64,000 nucleotides of DNA from Lama glama. Taxonomy: Eukaryota. Position numbers and translations under genes: made by a program. The notes under the pieces are model-generated. The model had not been told where the DNA came from. It did not search any database and saw only the letters and a list, made by a program, of their open reading frames with translations. The DNA lies in contig CM052817.1 of assembly GCA_028534125.1 (NCBI GenBank), forward strand, positions 43,712,001 to 43,776,000, given 5' to 3'. This document shows, piece after piece, positions 11,481 to 23,604 of this stretch. Each line of letters begins with the position of its first letter. Position 1 is the first letter of the stretch.

Positions 11481-12526
11481 AAAGTCATCCTTTTTCTTGA
11501 AGGGTAGGACATATTCCCAGATGAGTAGTTTTATCATATCTCCTGCCTGTAGAATTCTGGGGAACCAACAGCCTTCTTCCATTTCATCCTGTCTCTCATC
11601 CTTTTTAGTCCAAGCTGTCAGTCTTTCTGCTAACACCACATTCTCAAAACCATGTGAGTCTCCTGTGTATGTCATGGGAATGTATGCCATTAAACAAAAG
11701 GCTCCCTCACAGATATTTCCTAGATAATTACATCTTTTTCTGAGTTCTGCTGAGATGGCTGCGGAGATCCATAAGTCATATGCTTAATCTCTTCAGACTC
11801 CCTCTGCATGAATGAATATAGTGATCTTTTGATTCTTCCAAAGCACTAGCAAAAGATGTCCGGTCGCACTCTTGGCTTTCTATTTGGAGCATACTTTTCT
11901 GGCAGTGAATCTCCAAATTTTAGCATTTTTTTGCAATCTAGATAGGCCTGAGAATTTGCTAAATCATTAAGTCGTGGTTTCTTTATGCTTAACAATTCTT
12001 CCATTAATTTATCTCTTTCTTCTCTCATTTTACTATAATCAGCAAGAAGAAAACAGGCTGCACCTTCAATACTTTGCTTGGAAATCTTCTCACTTAATAT
12101 CCAAGTTCATTTCTTACATGTATTGTTTTCCATACAACTGTGGGACACAATTCAGCCAAACTTCTGCCGCTCTATAACAAAGACCCTCTTTCCTCCAGTT
12201 TCCAAAAAAGTGTTCCCCATTCTTTTCTAAGCCTTCACCAACAGAGCCTTTAATGTTCATATTTTTACTGATAGTCGGTTTATGACAATTTTGATATTCT
12301 TTAAGACAATATAGGCTTTCTCCACCATGCTCCTCACTTCCTCTGAGCCCTCAATGGCAGTCATTAATATCCGTTATTTCTACCAATAGTTTGTTCAAAG
12401 TAATCTATGTTTTTTCTATCATACTTATCAAAATTCTTCCAGCCTCTATTCATCACCCAGTTCCAAAGCAACTTTCACATTTCTAGGTATCTGTTACAGC
12501 AGTACCCCATTCCTGGTACCAAAATC

Positions 12527-13016
12527 TGTATTGGTTTCCTATGGCTGCTATAACAAATTACCACTACATGGTGGCTTATAGCCACACATACTTTTAAAGT
12601 TATGACGGTCAGAACTGATATCTACTGCACTGTGCCAAAATCAGAGTCTGTGGGGCCATGCTCACTCTGGAGGCTCAAGTGGTGACTCTGCTTCCATTTC
12701 TTTTCTGGCACCTAGAGCTGTATTCCTTGCATTGTTTGGCTTATGGCTCACGGCTTCAAAGTCAGCTGTGTAACATCTTCCTTCAGTCATCACATTGTCT
12801 CCTGTCTCTGTAATCAAATCTCCCTCTGTCTTCTCTCCTTTAAGGAAATTTGGGATTACCTTTAGAGCCCATCTGGATAATCCAAGATAATCACCCTATC
12901 TCAAATCCTTAACTTAATCCCATCTGGAAAGGCCCTGTTGCCATATAAGGTAACTTTCACAGGTTCCCAGGATTAGAATGTTGATATCTTTGGGGGCCAT
13001 TATTCAGCTTACCACA
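12527..13016 (-). mobile_element. MaLR 5' LTR (MLT1C/B-like) attached to MLT1-int
   Basis: TGTATTGGTTTCCTATGGCTGCTATAACAAATTACCAC ... GGGGGCCATTATTCAGCTTACCACA with TG..CA termini. Confidence 0.88.
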
Positions 13017-13749
13017 TCTGGTACTTTCTTTTTTTATTTGATACTAAACATTATGAATATTACCTTGTTGGGAGCTGGATAGTCTTGTGTTTGAATACAA
13101 TTTTGTTACCTGGAAACAGTTTGAGTTTTTCAAGGCTTGCTTTTAAACTTTGTAAGGTGAGATCAAAACAATCTTTAGCCAATGTCTAATTTGGCTATGA
13201 TAACTTTCTGAATTCTCTGCCCAGTGCCCTGTGAATTACAAGGTTTTCCCTCTGGCTAATGAGAATATGATGTATTTCTGGCCTTGGGTGAGCACCAGGG
13301 ACTGTTCCCTCTGCTTTGGGGGGATAGAATTCTATCTCCAGCCTCAGGTACGTTCCTCACACACATGAGATTATCAGTACTCAGCAGAGGAAGGACTAAA
13401 ACAGATCTCCAGAACTCTCTTGACAGCTGTCTCCTTTGTACTCTGCCCTAGGACCTCTAGCTGCTTGTCCTCCCAAGATTCTCAACTTTTTCTCCTCAAC
13501 TCAGGAAGACTGATAGGCTCTGCTGGATCCCCTCCTCTTTGTGCTGTGGCCTGAAAACATTCTCCAGGAAGTAAAATGGGCAATCACAGAGCTCACTTCA
13601 TGTTTCTCATATAAATGACCACTGTCTTGCACTGCTTGATGTCCAATGTCTGAAAACTGTTGTCTCATGTATTTTATTCAGTTTTCTAGTTATTTCAGGC
13701 ATAAGGTAATTCAAGTTCTTGTTACTCTATCTTTGCCAAAAGCACAAGT
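13017..13749 (-). mobile_element. Old L1M 5'UTR/5' end
   Basis: Similar to the other minus-strand L1 5' ends at ~25640-26405 and ~60950-61710 (TGTCCAATGTCTGAAAACTGTTGTCTCATGTATTTT..GTTACTCTATCTT). Confidence 0.7.
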
Positions 13750-15745
13750 TTTCAAAATTTATATGAAAATATAAAGGCACTAGAAGAGAAAAAAAATTTT
13801 TTTAAAGAACTTATTTTAAGAACCTATTTAAGGATATATTTTAAATCACTTGGGTTCAATTAAAAAAAATGAACGACTAATATATCCAACATGTGAGTAA
13901 ATCTCAATACAATAAAGCTACAGTAATCAAAATAGTATGGTATTTGTGGTGGTGAAATTGACTAAGCTAAGGGATGCCCAGAAAGCTGGTAAAATACAAT
14001 TTCTGGGTGTGTCTGTAAGAGTGTTTTCAGAAGAGATTAGCACATGAATTGGTAGACTGAGTCAATCCTAACTAATGCAGGTGGGCATCATCCAATCCCT
14101 TGAGGGCTTGAATAGAATGAAAAGGCAGAGGGAGAACAAATTTGCTCTCTTTGCTTATCTAGGACTTTCATCGTCTCCTGCCCTCAGACATTGGCTCCAG
14201 TTCTCAGGCCTTTGGACTTGGACTGGGACTTATACCATTGACTCCCCTGGTTCTTACGGCTTTGGACTCAGACTGAAATACACAGGCAGATTTCCTGGTT
14301 CTCCAGTTTACAGATGGCAGATGGTAGGCTTCCATAACTACTGTGTGAGCCAATTCCTATAATAAATCTCTATCTATATATCTCTCTTTCCATGTAATAG
14401 ATATATACTATTGATTCATTTTCTCTGGAGAATCCTAATACAGTACTTATATAAGGGCAGATGTATAAATTACTGGAACAGTATAAAGAGTTCAGAAAGA
14501 GACCTTATACATACATGGTCAATTGTAGGATTTTTCTTTATAAAGCAGAAGAAACAGTCTTTCAAGCAGATGATGCTAGAATAATTGGACATCCACAGGC
14601 AAAACATAATGAATGTGGACCCTTACCTCTATAGTTACACAGAAGTTAACTTGAAATGAATTATAGACACAAACTTAAAAGTTAATATTATAAAATTTCT
14701 AGAAGAAGCCATAGGAGAAAAATTTTGTGTCACTGGGTTAGATAAAGATTTTTTAGATAGATCAGAAAATAATTGCTTTTCTTTTTTTTTTTTAATTGAT
14801 AAATGACATCATCAAATTTAAATTTCTGCCTTTGGAAAGACCTGTTTAAGAAAATAAAAAGGCAGACTGGGAGAAAATGCTTGTAAACACATATTTGATT
14901 AATAAATGTTATCCATAATATATAAAGAAATCTTATAACTCAATAATAAGAAATACACATCCCAATAAAAAGAGGGCAAAAGATTTGAATAAACAAATCA
15001 CCAAAAATGATATAAGGATGTCAAATAAATACATTAGAATACAGTCAACATAAAAAAATGTTTTATTCTACGTTAAATGTTACTGTCAAACTTTTCCCCA
15101 AAATATGCTCAACATTTTTTGTCATTAGGGAAATACAAAATGAATCATAATGAAATACCACTACACACTTACTAGAAAGACTAAAATTAAAGTCTGAAAA
15201 TACCAAGTGCTTACGAGAACATAGACTCACTGGAGCCTACACATGTATTGCTTGTGGGAATGTAAAATGTTTCTGTGACTCTGGAAATGTTTCATAGTTT
15301 CTGTGAAAGCTAAATATACTCTTAATGAATGACCCACCAATCCCACTCCCTAGTTTTCCAAGAGAATTAAAAATACGTCCACATAAAACTTATACACCAA
15401 TGTGGTACATGCACAAATGGAATACTACTCAACAATAAAAAAGAATAAATTATTGATATATCCAAATAAATCTCAAATTCATTATGCTAAAAGAAAGAGT
15501 CCAGACACAAAATGCTACATCCTGTGTGAGCCCATTTATATGATATTATGGAAAAGCAAATCTACAGAGACAGAAGTCAGGTCAAGAGCTAGGACTGGGA
15601 TAAAGGGACTGACTGCAAAGGAATGTGACAGAATTTGCTTGGATGATGTAATATCTGTATCTTTATCTGTCAAAATTCATTGAGATATACTTTAAAAGTG
15701 TGAATTTTACTAAATGTAAATTTTACCTCAGTTAAACTGCTTAAA
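13750..15745 (+). mobile_element. Old L1 (L1ME/L1MC-like) ORF2 3' part and 3'UTR, interrupted by an MLT2 LTR
   Basis: AAAGCTACAGTAATCAAAATAGTATGGTATT (KATVIKxVWY), ATGGAATACTACTCAAC, and 3' end TGTAAATTTTACCTCAGTTAAA. Confidence 0.85.
13945..14442 (+). mobile_element. ERV-L solo LTR, MLT2B-like
   Basis: TGTGGTGG..GGGATGCCCAGAAAGCTGGTAAAA..GGTGGGCATCATCCAATCCCTTGAGGGC..CTCTGGAGAATCCTAATACA; TSD GTATT/GTACT (4/5). Confidence 0.9.
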
Positions 15746-15924
15746 AATTAAGTCTACTCATAGAAAACTACATATATACTATGACCCTGTTTCTGTGAAG
15801 AAAAATTTTCAATGTTTAAGTGTCCATGTATTTAATATATATATAAATGAACCCATAGAGAAAAACCTAGAAAATATGTACTATGTTTTCTTAGTACCTG
15901 AGGCTGGAAATGGAAGTGAGATTG

Positions 15925-16150
15925 AGGGCTATCACAGACTGGGTTCTCTGGAAGCAGAACCTGATACAGATTTGGCAAGTACTTGTATGAGAAGGGGAAG
16001 AAGCAAGACTATGCAAAGAAAGAAGATGAAATGCAATGTAGTGTCAACCAAGTCTCACCCAACCCCATGGAGAGTTTGGAGCACTTACAGCTGTTTAGAG
16101 GTGTCCCATGCTGGGCAGAAATGGCTGGGATTTTTAGTCTCCTAGCAGGT
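15925..16150 (-). mobile_element. ERV-L LTR fragment (LTR16-like)
   Basis: GGGTTCTCTGGAAGCAGAACCTGA..CAACCCCATGGAGAGTTTGGAGC..TGTCCCATGCTGGGCAGAAATGGCTGGG; lies at the 3' side of the ERV-L internal remnant. Confidence 0.65.
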
Positions 16151-16932
16151 CAGTGGGAATGACAGTAAATGAGATCACTCCTGTTTCCACTCTTTGATCT
16201 TTAGAACCATGATTTCTTTCTACTGGGGTCACAAACAATGATGCCCTATCCTCATAGAGTACCACCTCCAAGCTGATGCTTAAACTGCACCTTCAGTATC
16301 CCAGACCAACACCCCTAGGCAGAAGTTTCTACATGGTGCCATCTCTGATGCAATCAATCAATCTCATGGTCTGGGACCTACTCCCACACCTTTCTTTCTG
16401 ACAAGTGGGTCCCCTGGTCTGATGTAATGTTATCCTTTTGAGATCCAATCTTGAAGAATCAAATGCTTCATAAGCCCCCATCTAGTCATGCTAGCTGAAG
16501 CTGGTTGGCAGGGAAGTCAAGCCCATGCCCAAATCACTTGGCATTTCCTGTTAGAACAAATTTCTAGCAATTCCAGGATAGAAAGCTCAATGTAGTCAAC
16601 TAGACACCAAATGGTTGGCTGGTGTCCTTGAAGAATAGTGCCGTACAGAGGGCTCAGTGTTGGTCTCTCTGGCCGGCAGTTTGGACATTCAGTGGCAGCA
16701 GTAGCCAACTAATTCGTGGTAAATGGGAGCCCCTAGAACCATGCATAGCTTTCACCTCTCCCACCATGACCACTCCACTCATGTGTCCATGTGCAAGCAC
16801 TTAGGTGTCCAATGACCAAGACTAGCTAATACCAAATGGCCAGGTAATTTTGTCTGTGTGGTTTTACCATGCCTCTTCTATGACAGATGCTTTCTGATGG
16901 GTGTTTACATGTGACACAAAGACCTTCACATA

Positions 16933-17186
16933 TTAATTTTTTTAATTTTAATTATTCTTCAGCTTGTGGGTTGCCCACCTGGGATGTATTGGGCCCAATT
17001 ATACTGTAAGCACACCTCTCCTACCATCCCGCTGTGGTTCCCTCTTTATGTTTCCAGTTGAAGAAGATCTTTTTTCTGGATTCCAGTCTTTTTTTCCAAT
17101 GGTTGTTCAGCAGTCAGTCGTGGTTTTGTTGTAGTCACGAGGAGAGGCAAGCTTATAGTCCTACTACTCCACCATCTTGACTGGAA
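16933..17186 (-). mobile_element. ~250-bp copy of an L1 5' end followed by an A-rich tail
   Basis: Reverse complement begins TTCCAGTCAAGATGGTGGAGTAGTAGGAC, homologous to the L1 start at 19149 (TTCCGGGCAAGATGGCGGAGTAGAAGGAC), and ends GAATAATTAAAATTAAAAAAATTAA. Confidence 0.75.
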
Positions 17187-17458
17187 AATTTATTGTTGCC
17201 CATTCCATGTTGAGTGTTTGGTTTTTTTTCCTGATTGGAATAGAAAAGAATGCATTTGCCAACTCAGGACCACATGCCATTTACCTGAGGCCATGTTAAT
17301 CTGCTAGCAAATTTACATTTACAGAGCAGCTACAAATGGGGCTACAACTTGGGTGAGTTTGCAGTATTCTAAAGGGTTCCACTAGAATTCATCTGGCTCC
17401 TTTAGTGGACAGACTTGTAAATTAAATGGATGAGTATTAGTGTATATACTCTATAGCT

Positions 17459-17880
17459 TGTATATCTCCTATTGCTTCTGTACAAAATTCTCCACACTTC
17501 ATAGTTTAAACAACCAAAATTTATTATCTTACAGCTCTGGAGGTCAAAGTCTAAAATGGGTCTCACTGGGCTAAAATCAAGGTTAGCATTCCTTCTGGAA
17601 TCTACTGGCTTGCCTTTTCCAGTTTCTAAAGGCTGCCCATATTCCCCTGGCTAGTGGCCCCATCCATCTTCAAAGTTAGCAATAGCTGGTCAAGTCTTTC
17701 TCACGTTGCATCACTCTGACACCCTATCTCTTCTCTCTTTTCCACATTTAAAGTAAACTGATTAGTAATCTTAATTCCATCTGCAGTTTTAATTCTCCCT
17801 GACATGTAACATAACAGCCACAGGGTTCCAGGGATCAAGACCTGGACATCTTTACAGGGATGATTATTATTCCCACAACA
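17459..17880 (-). mobile_element. MaLR solo LTR, MLT1D/C-like, nested in ERV-L internal sequence
   Basis: TTTATTATCTTACAGCTCTGGAGGTCAAAGTCTAAAATGGGTCTCACTGGGCTAAAATCAAGG ... GACCTGGACATCTTT..CCCACAACA. Confidence 0.85.
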
Positions 17881-19148
17881 ACTCTTTATCTCCGACAGTG
17901 TAGTTACTTGAGTAAATGGCAACATTGCTTTGGAGAAGGGCTGGGAGAATTATTACTGTGATAATTGTCATTGTGTTGCAGTGGACTTCTTCCTGTGGAT
18001 CCAGCTTCCTCTTCAGTCAGTGTGCTCTAGGTTTAAAAACTCAGATCTGGATTTGAGCAAAGTGTCTTGGCTTTACTGAGGCAACTGCACTCAGCCTTCT
18101 GATTATTTATCCTCGATTTGTTATGATGGTGCTCACTGAGTAGTACCTATTTTGGCTCTCATCTACTCTGCCCCTAGGGCCACTTCGATTAACCATCTAC
18201 AAAACCCTCTTCAGGTCAGACCGCCTTGGCTGCCATTCTGCTCCTGTCACTCATTACAATAAGTGCATCCACCTGACTTCTAGCAATTATGTGTTGCCAT
18301 CTGGCCTCTATTGTTTTGGGTTCTTATCAGTCTAGTTCTATATAGTCCTCCTTCCATTAGTCCTGGTTTACAGAGGACAGGCATCATTGAACATTTTTAG
18401 TGATGGTGGTACCCTCATTCCAGCATGTTCTCTATGGCCGTGGTGGGTGGTATGTCCTCTGGGTGCACCTCTGGAACATGATGCCTTACTGAGTCTTCTG
18501 GCTTCACAAAGAATAACTGCTTCAGCATGCCCACTTCCTTGGGCCTTTTGATCCCTTCCTCCACAGGCTCACACAGAAATTCTGGCATTTCAAGTTTATA
18601 TAGTGTATGAACCATCACTTTTTCTGTGCCTCTAGAAGCCATCCCAGTAGCAAGTCCATACCATCTCCTGTGGACTTTGCCAGGCCCTTAAATCCTGTAT
18701 CTCTGGGACACACTCTCAAATCAATAAATCCTCCACTATTCAATCTTATGTCCCTGCCCCTTGATCAAGCACCTTCAGATAGATTCTCAGAGTAGCAGCT
18801 CCTACTGGTACATGCTGGCTAGATTTACAGCTCCATATGACCATGGGAAAATTAAAGGAGCTATGGAAGGGGTCTAAGCTTTTATTCTATGCATTACTGC
18901 AACTGAACACAGTATGTATTCATAACTTGAATTATTTAAAAATTATCTTAAAACAGTTTCTTAAATAATAATAAAATATAATAATGAAAGAAATTTTCTT
19001 TGATCCAAGGAACAATAAAATTTTTAGTTTCAGTCCCAAACAGGAATAATGAAAAAGGAAACAGTTAAAATCATTCAGGTAAGATTTCTTAGCTCCAGAA
19101 ATAAAATTACTTTTTAAAAATAATCTGAAATGATCAAGACTTAGATGG

Positions 19149-19974
19149 GACTTCCGGGCAAGATGGCGGAGTAGAAGGACGCTTGTAAGTCACCCTCTCC
19201 CACAAATACACCAAGACCCACATCTACAGACCCACTCAGCCAACCAGAGCACCTGCGGAACTCCAACAGATCATCGCNNNNNNNNNNNNNNNNNNNNNNN
19301 NNNNNNNNNNNNNNNNNNNNNNNNNNNNNNNNNNNNNNNNNNNNNNNNNNNNNNNNNNNNNNNNNNNNNNNNNNNNNNNNNNNNNNNNNNNNNNNNNNNN
19401 NNNNNNNNNNNNNNNNNNNNNNNNNNNNNNNNNNNNNNNNNNNNNNNNNNNNNNNNNNNNNNNNNNNNNNNNNNNNNNNNNNNNNNNNNNNNNNNNNNNN
19501 NNNNNNNNNNNNNNNNNNNNNNNNNNNNNNNNNNNNNNNNNNNNNNNNNNNNNNNNNNNNNNNNNNNNNNNNNNNNNNNNNNNNNNNNNNNNNNNNNNNN
19601 NNNNNNNNNNNNNNNNNNNNNNNNNNNNNNNNNNNNNNNNNNNNNNNNNNNNNNNNNNNNNNNNNNNNNNNNNNNNNNNNNNNNNNNNNNNNNNNNNNNN
19701 NNNNNNNNNNNNNNNNNNNNNNNNNNNNNNNNNNNNNNNNNNNNNNNNNNNNNNNNNNNNNNNNNNNNNNNNNNNNNCAAAATTGTAGAACAGATAAACA
19801 AGATTACACTGTATAGCACAGGGAAATATACACAAAATGTTATGATAAATCACAGAGAAAAAACTGTGACAATGAGTGTGTATATGTCCATGTATGACTG
19901 AAAAATTGTACTGAACACTGGAATTTGACACAACACTGTAAAATGATTATGAATCAATAAAAATGTAAAAAAAA
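19149..19974 (+). mobile_element. Young, probably full-length LINE-1 whose body lies in the assembly gap
   Basis: 5' terminus GACTTCCGGGCAAGATGGCGGAG (YY1-type motif, CpGs retained). The 3'UTR with AATAAA and A tail follows the gap. Perfect 13-bp TSD AAGACTTAGATGG at 19136-19148 and 19975-19987. Confidence 0.9.
19278..19777. other. Assembly gap of exactly 500 N
   Basis: Run of N. Confidence 1.
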
Positions 19975-20849
19975 AAGACTTAGATGGATTTAAACTTTTC
20001 ATCTTCATGGAATGCAAAAAAGCAATGTAATAAATTTTAGAGTTCTAAAGGAAAGGGATTTTGAATCTATAATTTTATACAAGCTTTGAGAATTAATTCT
20101 CAAATAATTTTTTGTTCTTATATATGTAATCCATCTAAGACAATCTCAGAGTTTCTGAACCAGTACACATCAATACAAACATTTTATGAGTATAGTTTCA
20201 CTAGAAGCCTATTTTTAAATTTTTAATTTCTGAGTTAAAATAATGTTTTAAATGAAGAAGCAGGAGCCAAGACTGATTTTCTGGGACAAAAGGACTTAGT
20301 TTTGGGGGGGTCACACAAATCAGTAAAAATAGAAATAATGCAGAAGAAAACTTCTTGATCATGGAAGCAGTCATGCTCTCACCATAGAGAGTATCCATAC
20401 CCCCAAGATTCATGCTGCCCTGCTGAATGCACGGGATCATGTGGTTTATACACAGCACATGTGCTGCAGAGAAGAGCTTATATGTTGAAATGCTACATGT
20501 AGAAATGATACCATTCCCTGGACTTAAGACATGGCTCACAATGACAATACTTACATCCTCCTATAGAGAAATAACTAGAAACTATTTTAAAACTATGAAA
20601 CACATTAGCAGAATGGAATAAAAATGAATTCACAAACCAAATCAGAATGAACTGAAGTATGCCTCAGTGTTTTTTGGTGACAGTCTGATCAAGGTTACCT
20701 TAACAAAGACCTCAACACTTTACTCTTTCATCATGGTACTTGCAACTAAACCTCTCCCACATCAGCATACCCTCTCATAGTCAGCATCCTGCTGCTTAGC
20801 AAAACACAGAACAATACAGAAGCAGCAGTTCATTTTCAGAAGGTCACCT

Positions 20850-20970
20850 TACAAACATAATGCTAAGCTTGGTTCCCATCTTACAGATGAGGAGTTTGAT
20901 ATGATGAGGAATAAGTGACTTGTCCTGACGAGGCTGGTCAGTGGATAAGTAAAAATGAGATTCTGTCTGA
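20850..20970 (-). mobile_element. MIR fragment
   Basis: CCCATCTTACAGATGAGGAG..TAAGTGACTTGTCC (MIR core, antisense). Confidence 0.65.
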
Positions 20971-23234
20971 AGCAATTCACAGAGAACAGAGACCAAGGGT
21001 TTCAGAAAGGAAGAAATTGAACAATATCTCAAATGGATAGAAGTGTAATGATGGAACTATGCATGGCAATTCTAGCAATATCCATTGCATGCATACAAAA
21101 ATATGTTTTGAATGAACATTTAAGAAACTTCTTTTAACCAGCAATACAAATTTTCTTTATTTACAGAAACGAAATGTTAAAGAGGTCTGTGCTCTGCTTT
21201 TTGTTTTTGTTTTTGATAAACTTTTAAAAGATAACCTGTGTTTCAAACATAGTTAAACAGAGCAGTAATTTCCTTATACCAACAAAAACACGTTAGCATA
21301 TACAGCCCTAGTTAATTAAGAGTCAAACAGAACTTAGAAATCTTAGTAAGAAATGTATGCACCACAATATAGCATTAAGTGGGGGAGACAAAACAGTCTG
21401 AATTTTAAAAATCTTTTCTTTTTTACCCAGGACCTTAAACTTTGTCTACCACATGTTTTATAAACTCTACCAAAACAGGAATAAGAAATTTGATTCTGAG
21501 GGTCTAGGTATAGATATGTGGAGAAAAGCAGAATAGGGGAGGCGGGGACGGTCACACAAAAATCAGCAGTGAAGATCACCTGGTTATTAATATAATGCCT
21601 TGTTATCTGATATTTTCCTTTTTAAAGAAGCAGAATTCAAACCAAAAAGTCAAAAGAGTAAATAAATATTGTACATTCGACAGTGGCTATTTTTTGAGAG
21701 AATGGAGCAGAATATAGGAGAATTTTGATTTTCTATTAAGTTCCCTATTCTATATCTAACTTTCCCAGTGTTTTAAAGCCAGTAGCACCCAGAGTTTTTT
21801 AGTGGATATCACTTCCTTTTCACATACAGTGAATTGTCATCTTTATAACAGAGGGATACCAAGTAAGAGTCTCATTTGGACATAATAAAGATATTAGAAA
21901 AGAGCAATAAGCCAAGTTAAAAGCAATTTTACATGTACATACCTTGTATAACTTGGCTTTTCAGAAATTCCAAAAATACTTACTGGAACCAAATTGAAAA
22001 GGAGCATCTCCATATACCATCCTGGTTCCAGTCAAGGAAAGATAATTTTTTTTTTTTTTACTGTTGAGATGAACTATAGTATGCATCTACTTAAGACTTC
22101 TCAAATTTCTTTGACTACAGAACATTCTTTACAAGTATAATATGTTGATGGAACATGTACAGCCCTGTGAACGCTCAGGTTAAAATAAAGAGCAAAAACA
22201 TAATATCAGAATAATTGCTGCTAGAAGTGTTCAAAAAAGATCCTTCTAAAACAGAACCTAAAAATAACAAATTAAAGAAATAAAATAAATTTATTTGCTA
22301 AAGGCCAAAATGAACAAGATTTTTAAAATGTGTTGAAATTAGCAAAGCAGATATATATATACCAGACAAGCAATCACTAATAAATGACATGCATCAACAT
22401 GATGGTTATTTAGTAAATGTTACTTCTGCATAAATGTACAGAGTCAACACCATGTGTTCAGGCATCTGGTGAGCTCTACTATATTCTCTTTTAAGGCATG
22501 TCATTTCTAAACAGCGATTATCTCATAATAATAAGAATCATATTTAAGGGCTGGCAGTCTTCTTCCATGTTTTCTTAATACACACTAGAGATAACGAGTT
22601 TCCTAGCACTGACATTTTTCATGGAATACTTCTCTAGATCTTGCAAACAACAATTTGCAAAATGGTCATCTGGTTTTATATACCATGTTTTCACCAGTGA
22701 GGGAACAAACAGAAAAGTTCAGCAAGTCATCTCAGATCTAAGCTGTTTTGTCAGTAGCAATATAAGGAACGGGAATCAAGAAAATTGACTTCAATTCCAT
22801 TCTCTTTCCCTTCCCATGCTGAAAAAGCCTACTAATGTAGAGTGCTTTGGATCCAATGAAACATGTAATATAAAGCTTTCTTCTCAAAGAAAAGATGTAC
22901 AGACTTTATAGCAGTTTTAACATTGACAGCGGAACAAATAGAAACTCATTTAAATGAGTAGCCTGCAGTTTTGGTGTGCTTCACTGTGGAGAGGAAGTGT
23001 TTCCTGAACACTGATTGTGAGCATGCTGTTTCCCACAGGTGACATGCCATTTTCTCTGAGAAAGGTCACTCAATTGGACAAAGAAAATAAATGATACATT
23101 TCTTATATCTACAATATACCTAACATTTTAGACTCTTTCAAATGTTAGATTTTGAGATCATGTAGTAGAGATACATGTGGTTATAAAACATATTTATATT
23201 TATGCAAAAATATATTGTGCCTGCAGAGTGGGAA

Positions 23235-23600
23235 ATGATAATCACAAAACATACCTGATAAATGGCTCATACCCAGAATTTTTTAGAGCCTCCTAAAATC
23301 TATTTGAAAAGGTAGCAGAAATATGAGAAAAAGACTTAAACAAGTTCTCCACAAAACAGAATATCCAATACCCAATAAACACGAAAAGGAGTTGAACTTT
23401 TTTAGTCATAGAAACGCAAACAGAAATCACATTGTGATACCATTATTCTGACATTAGAAGGGTTAAAATTCAAAAATCTGACAACACCAAATGTTGCTGA
23501 GGATGTGGAACAAATGGATTATCACAGACTGCTAATAGGAGTGTAAACTGTTACAAACCCTTTGGAAAACTGCTTGGTGGTATTGACTAAAATTCAGCAG
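23235..23600 (+). mobile_element. Old L1 ORF2 3' fragment
   Basis: CTGACAACACCAAATGTTGCTGAGGATGTGGAACAA..CCTTTGGAAAACTG. Confidence 0.75.
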
Positions 23601-23604
23601 CCTA

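Larger units (their letters stand above)
10620..12526 (-). mobile_element. MaLR internal sequence (MLT1-int), with two nested insertions
   Basis: Abuts the LTR at the typical junction CAGCAGTACCCCATTCCTGGTACCAAAATC|TG; contains MLT1-int-like blocks such as ATAGACATTCCCATTTTGAAAGGGAAG and CAAAAATGCTAAAATTTGGAGATTCACTGCC (rc). Confidence 0.82.
16160..18830 (-). mobile_element. ERV-L internal remnant (gag-pol-integrase), heavily deleted
   Basis: ORF 16517-16708 (ATECPNCRPERPTLSPLYGTILQGHQPTIWCLVDYI) matches the ERV-L integrase Zn-finger/core start. Near 16900 the minus strand reads VKVFVSHVNTHQ (RNase H-like). ORF 18415-18642 (EMPEFLCEPVEEGIKRPKEVGML..PEDIP) matches ERV-L gag. Domain order is correct for the minus strand. 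Confidence 0.88.

Noticed and set aside
19236..19931. The two longest ORFs (231 and 182 aa)
   Set aside because: Artefacts of reading through the 500-N gap.
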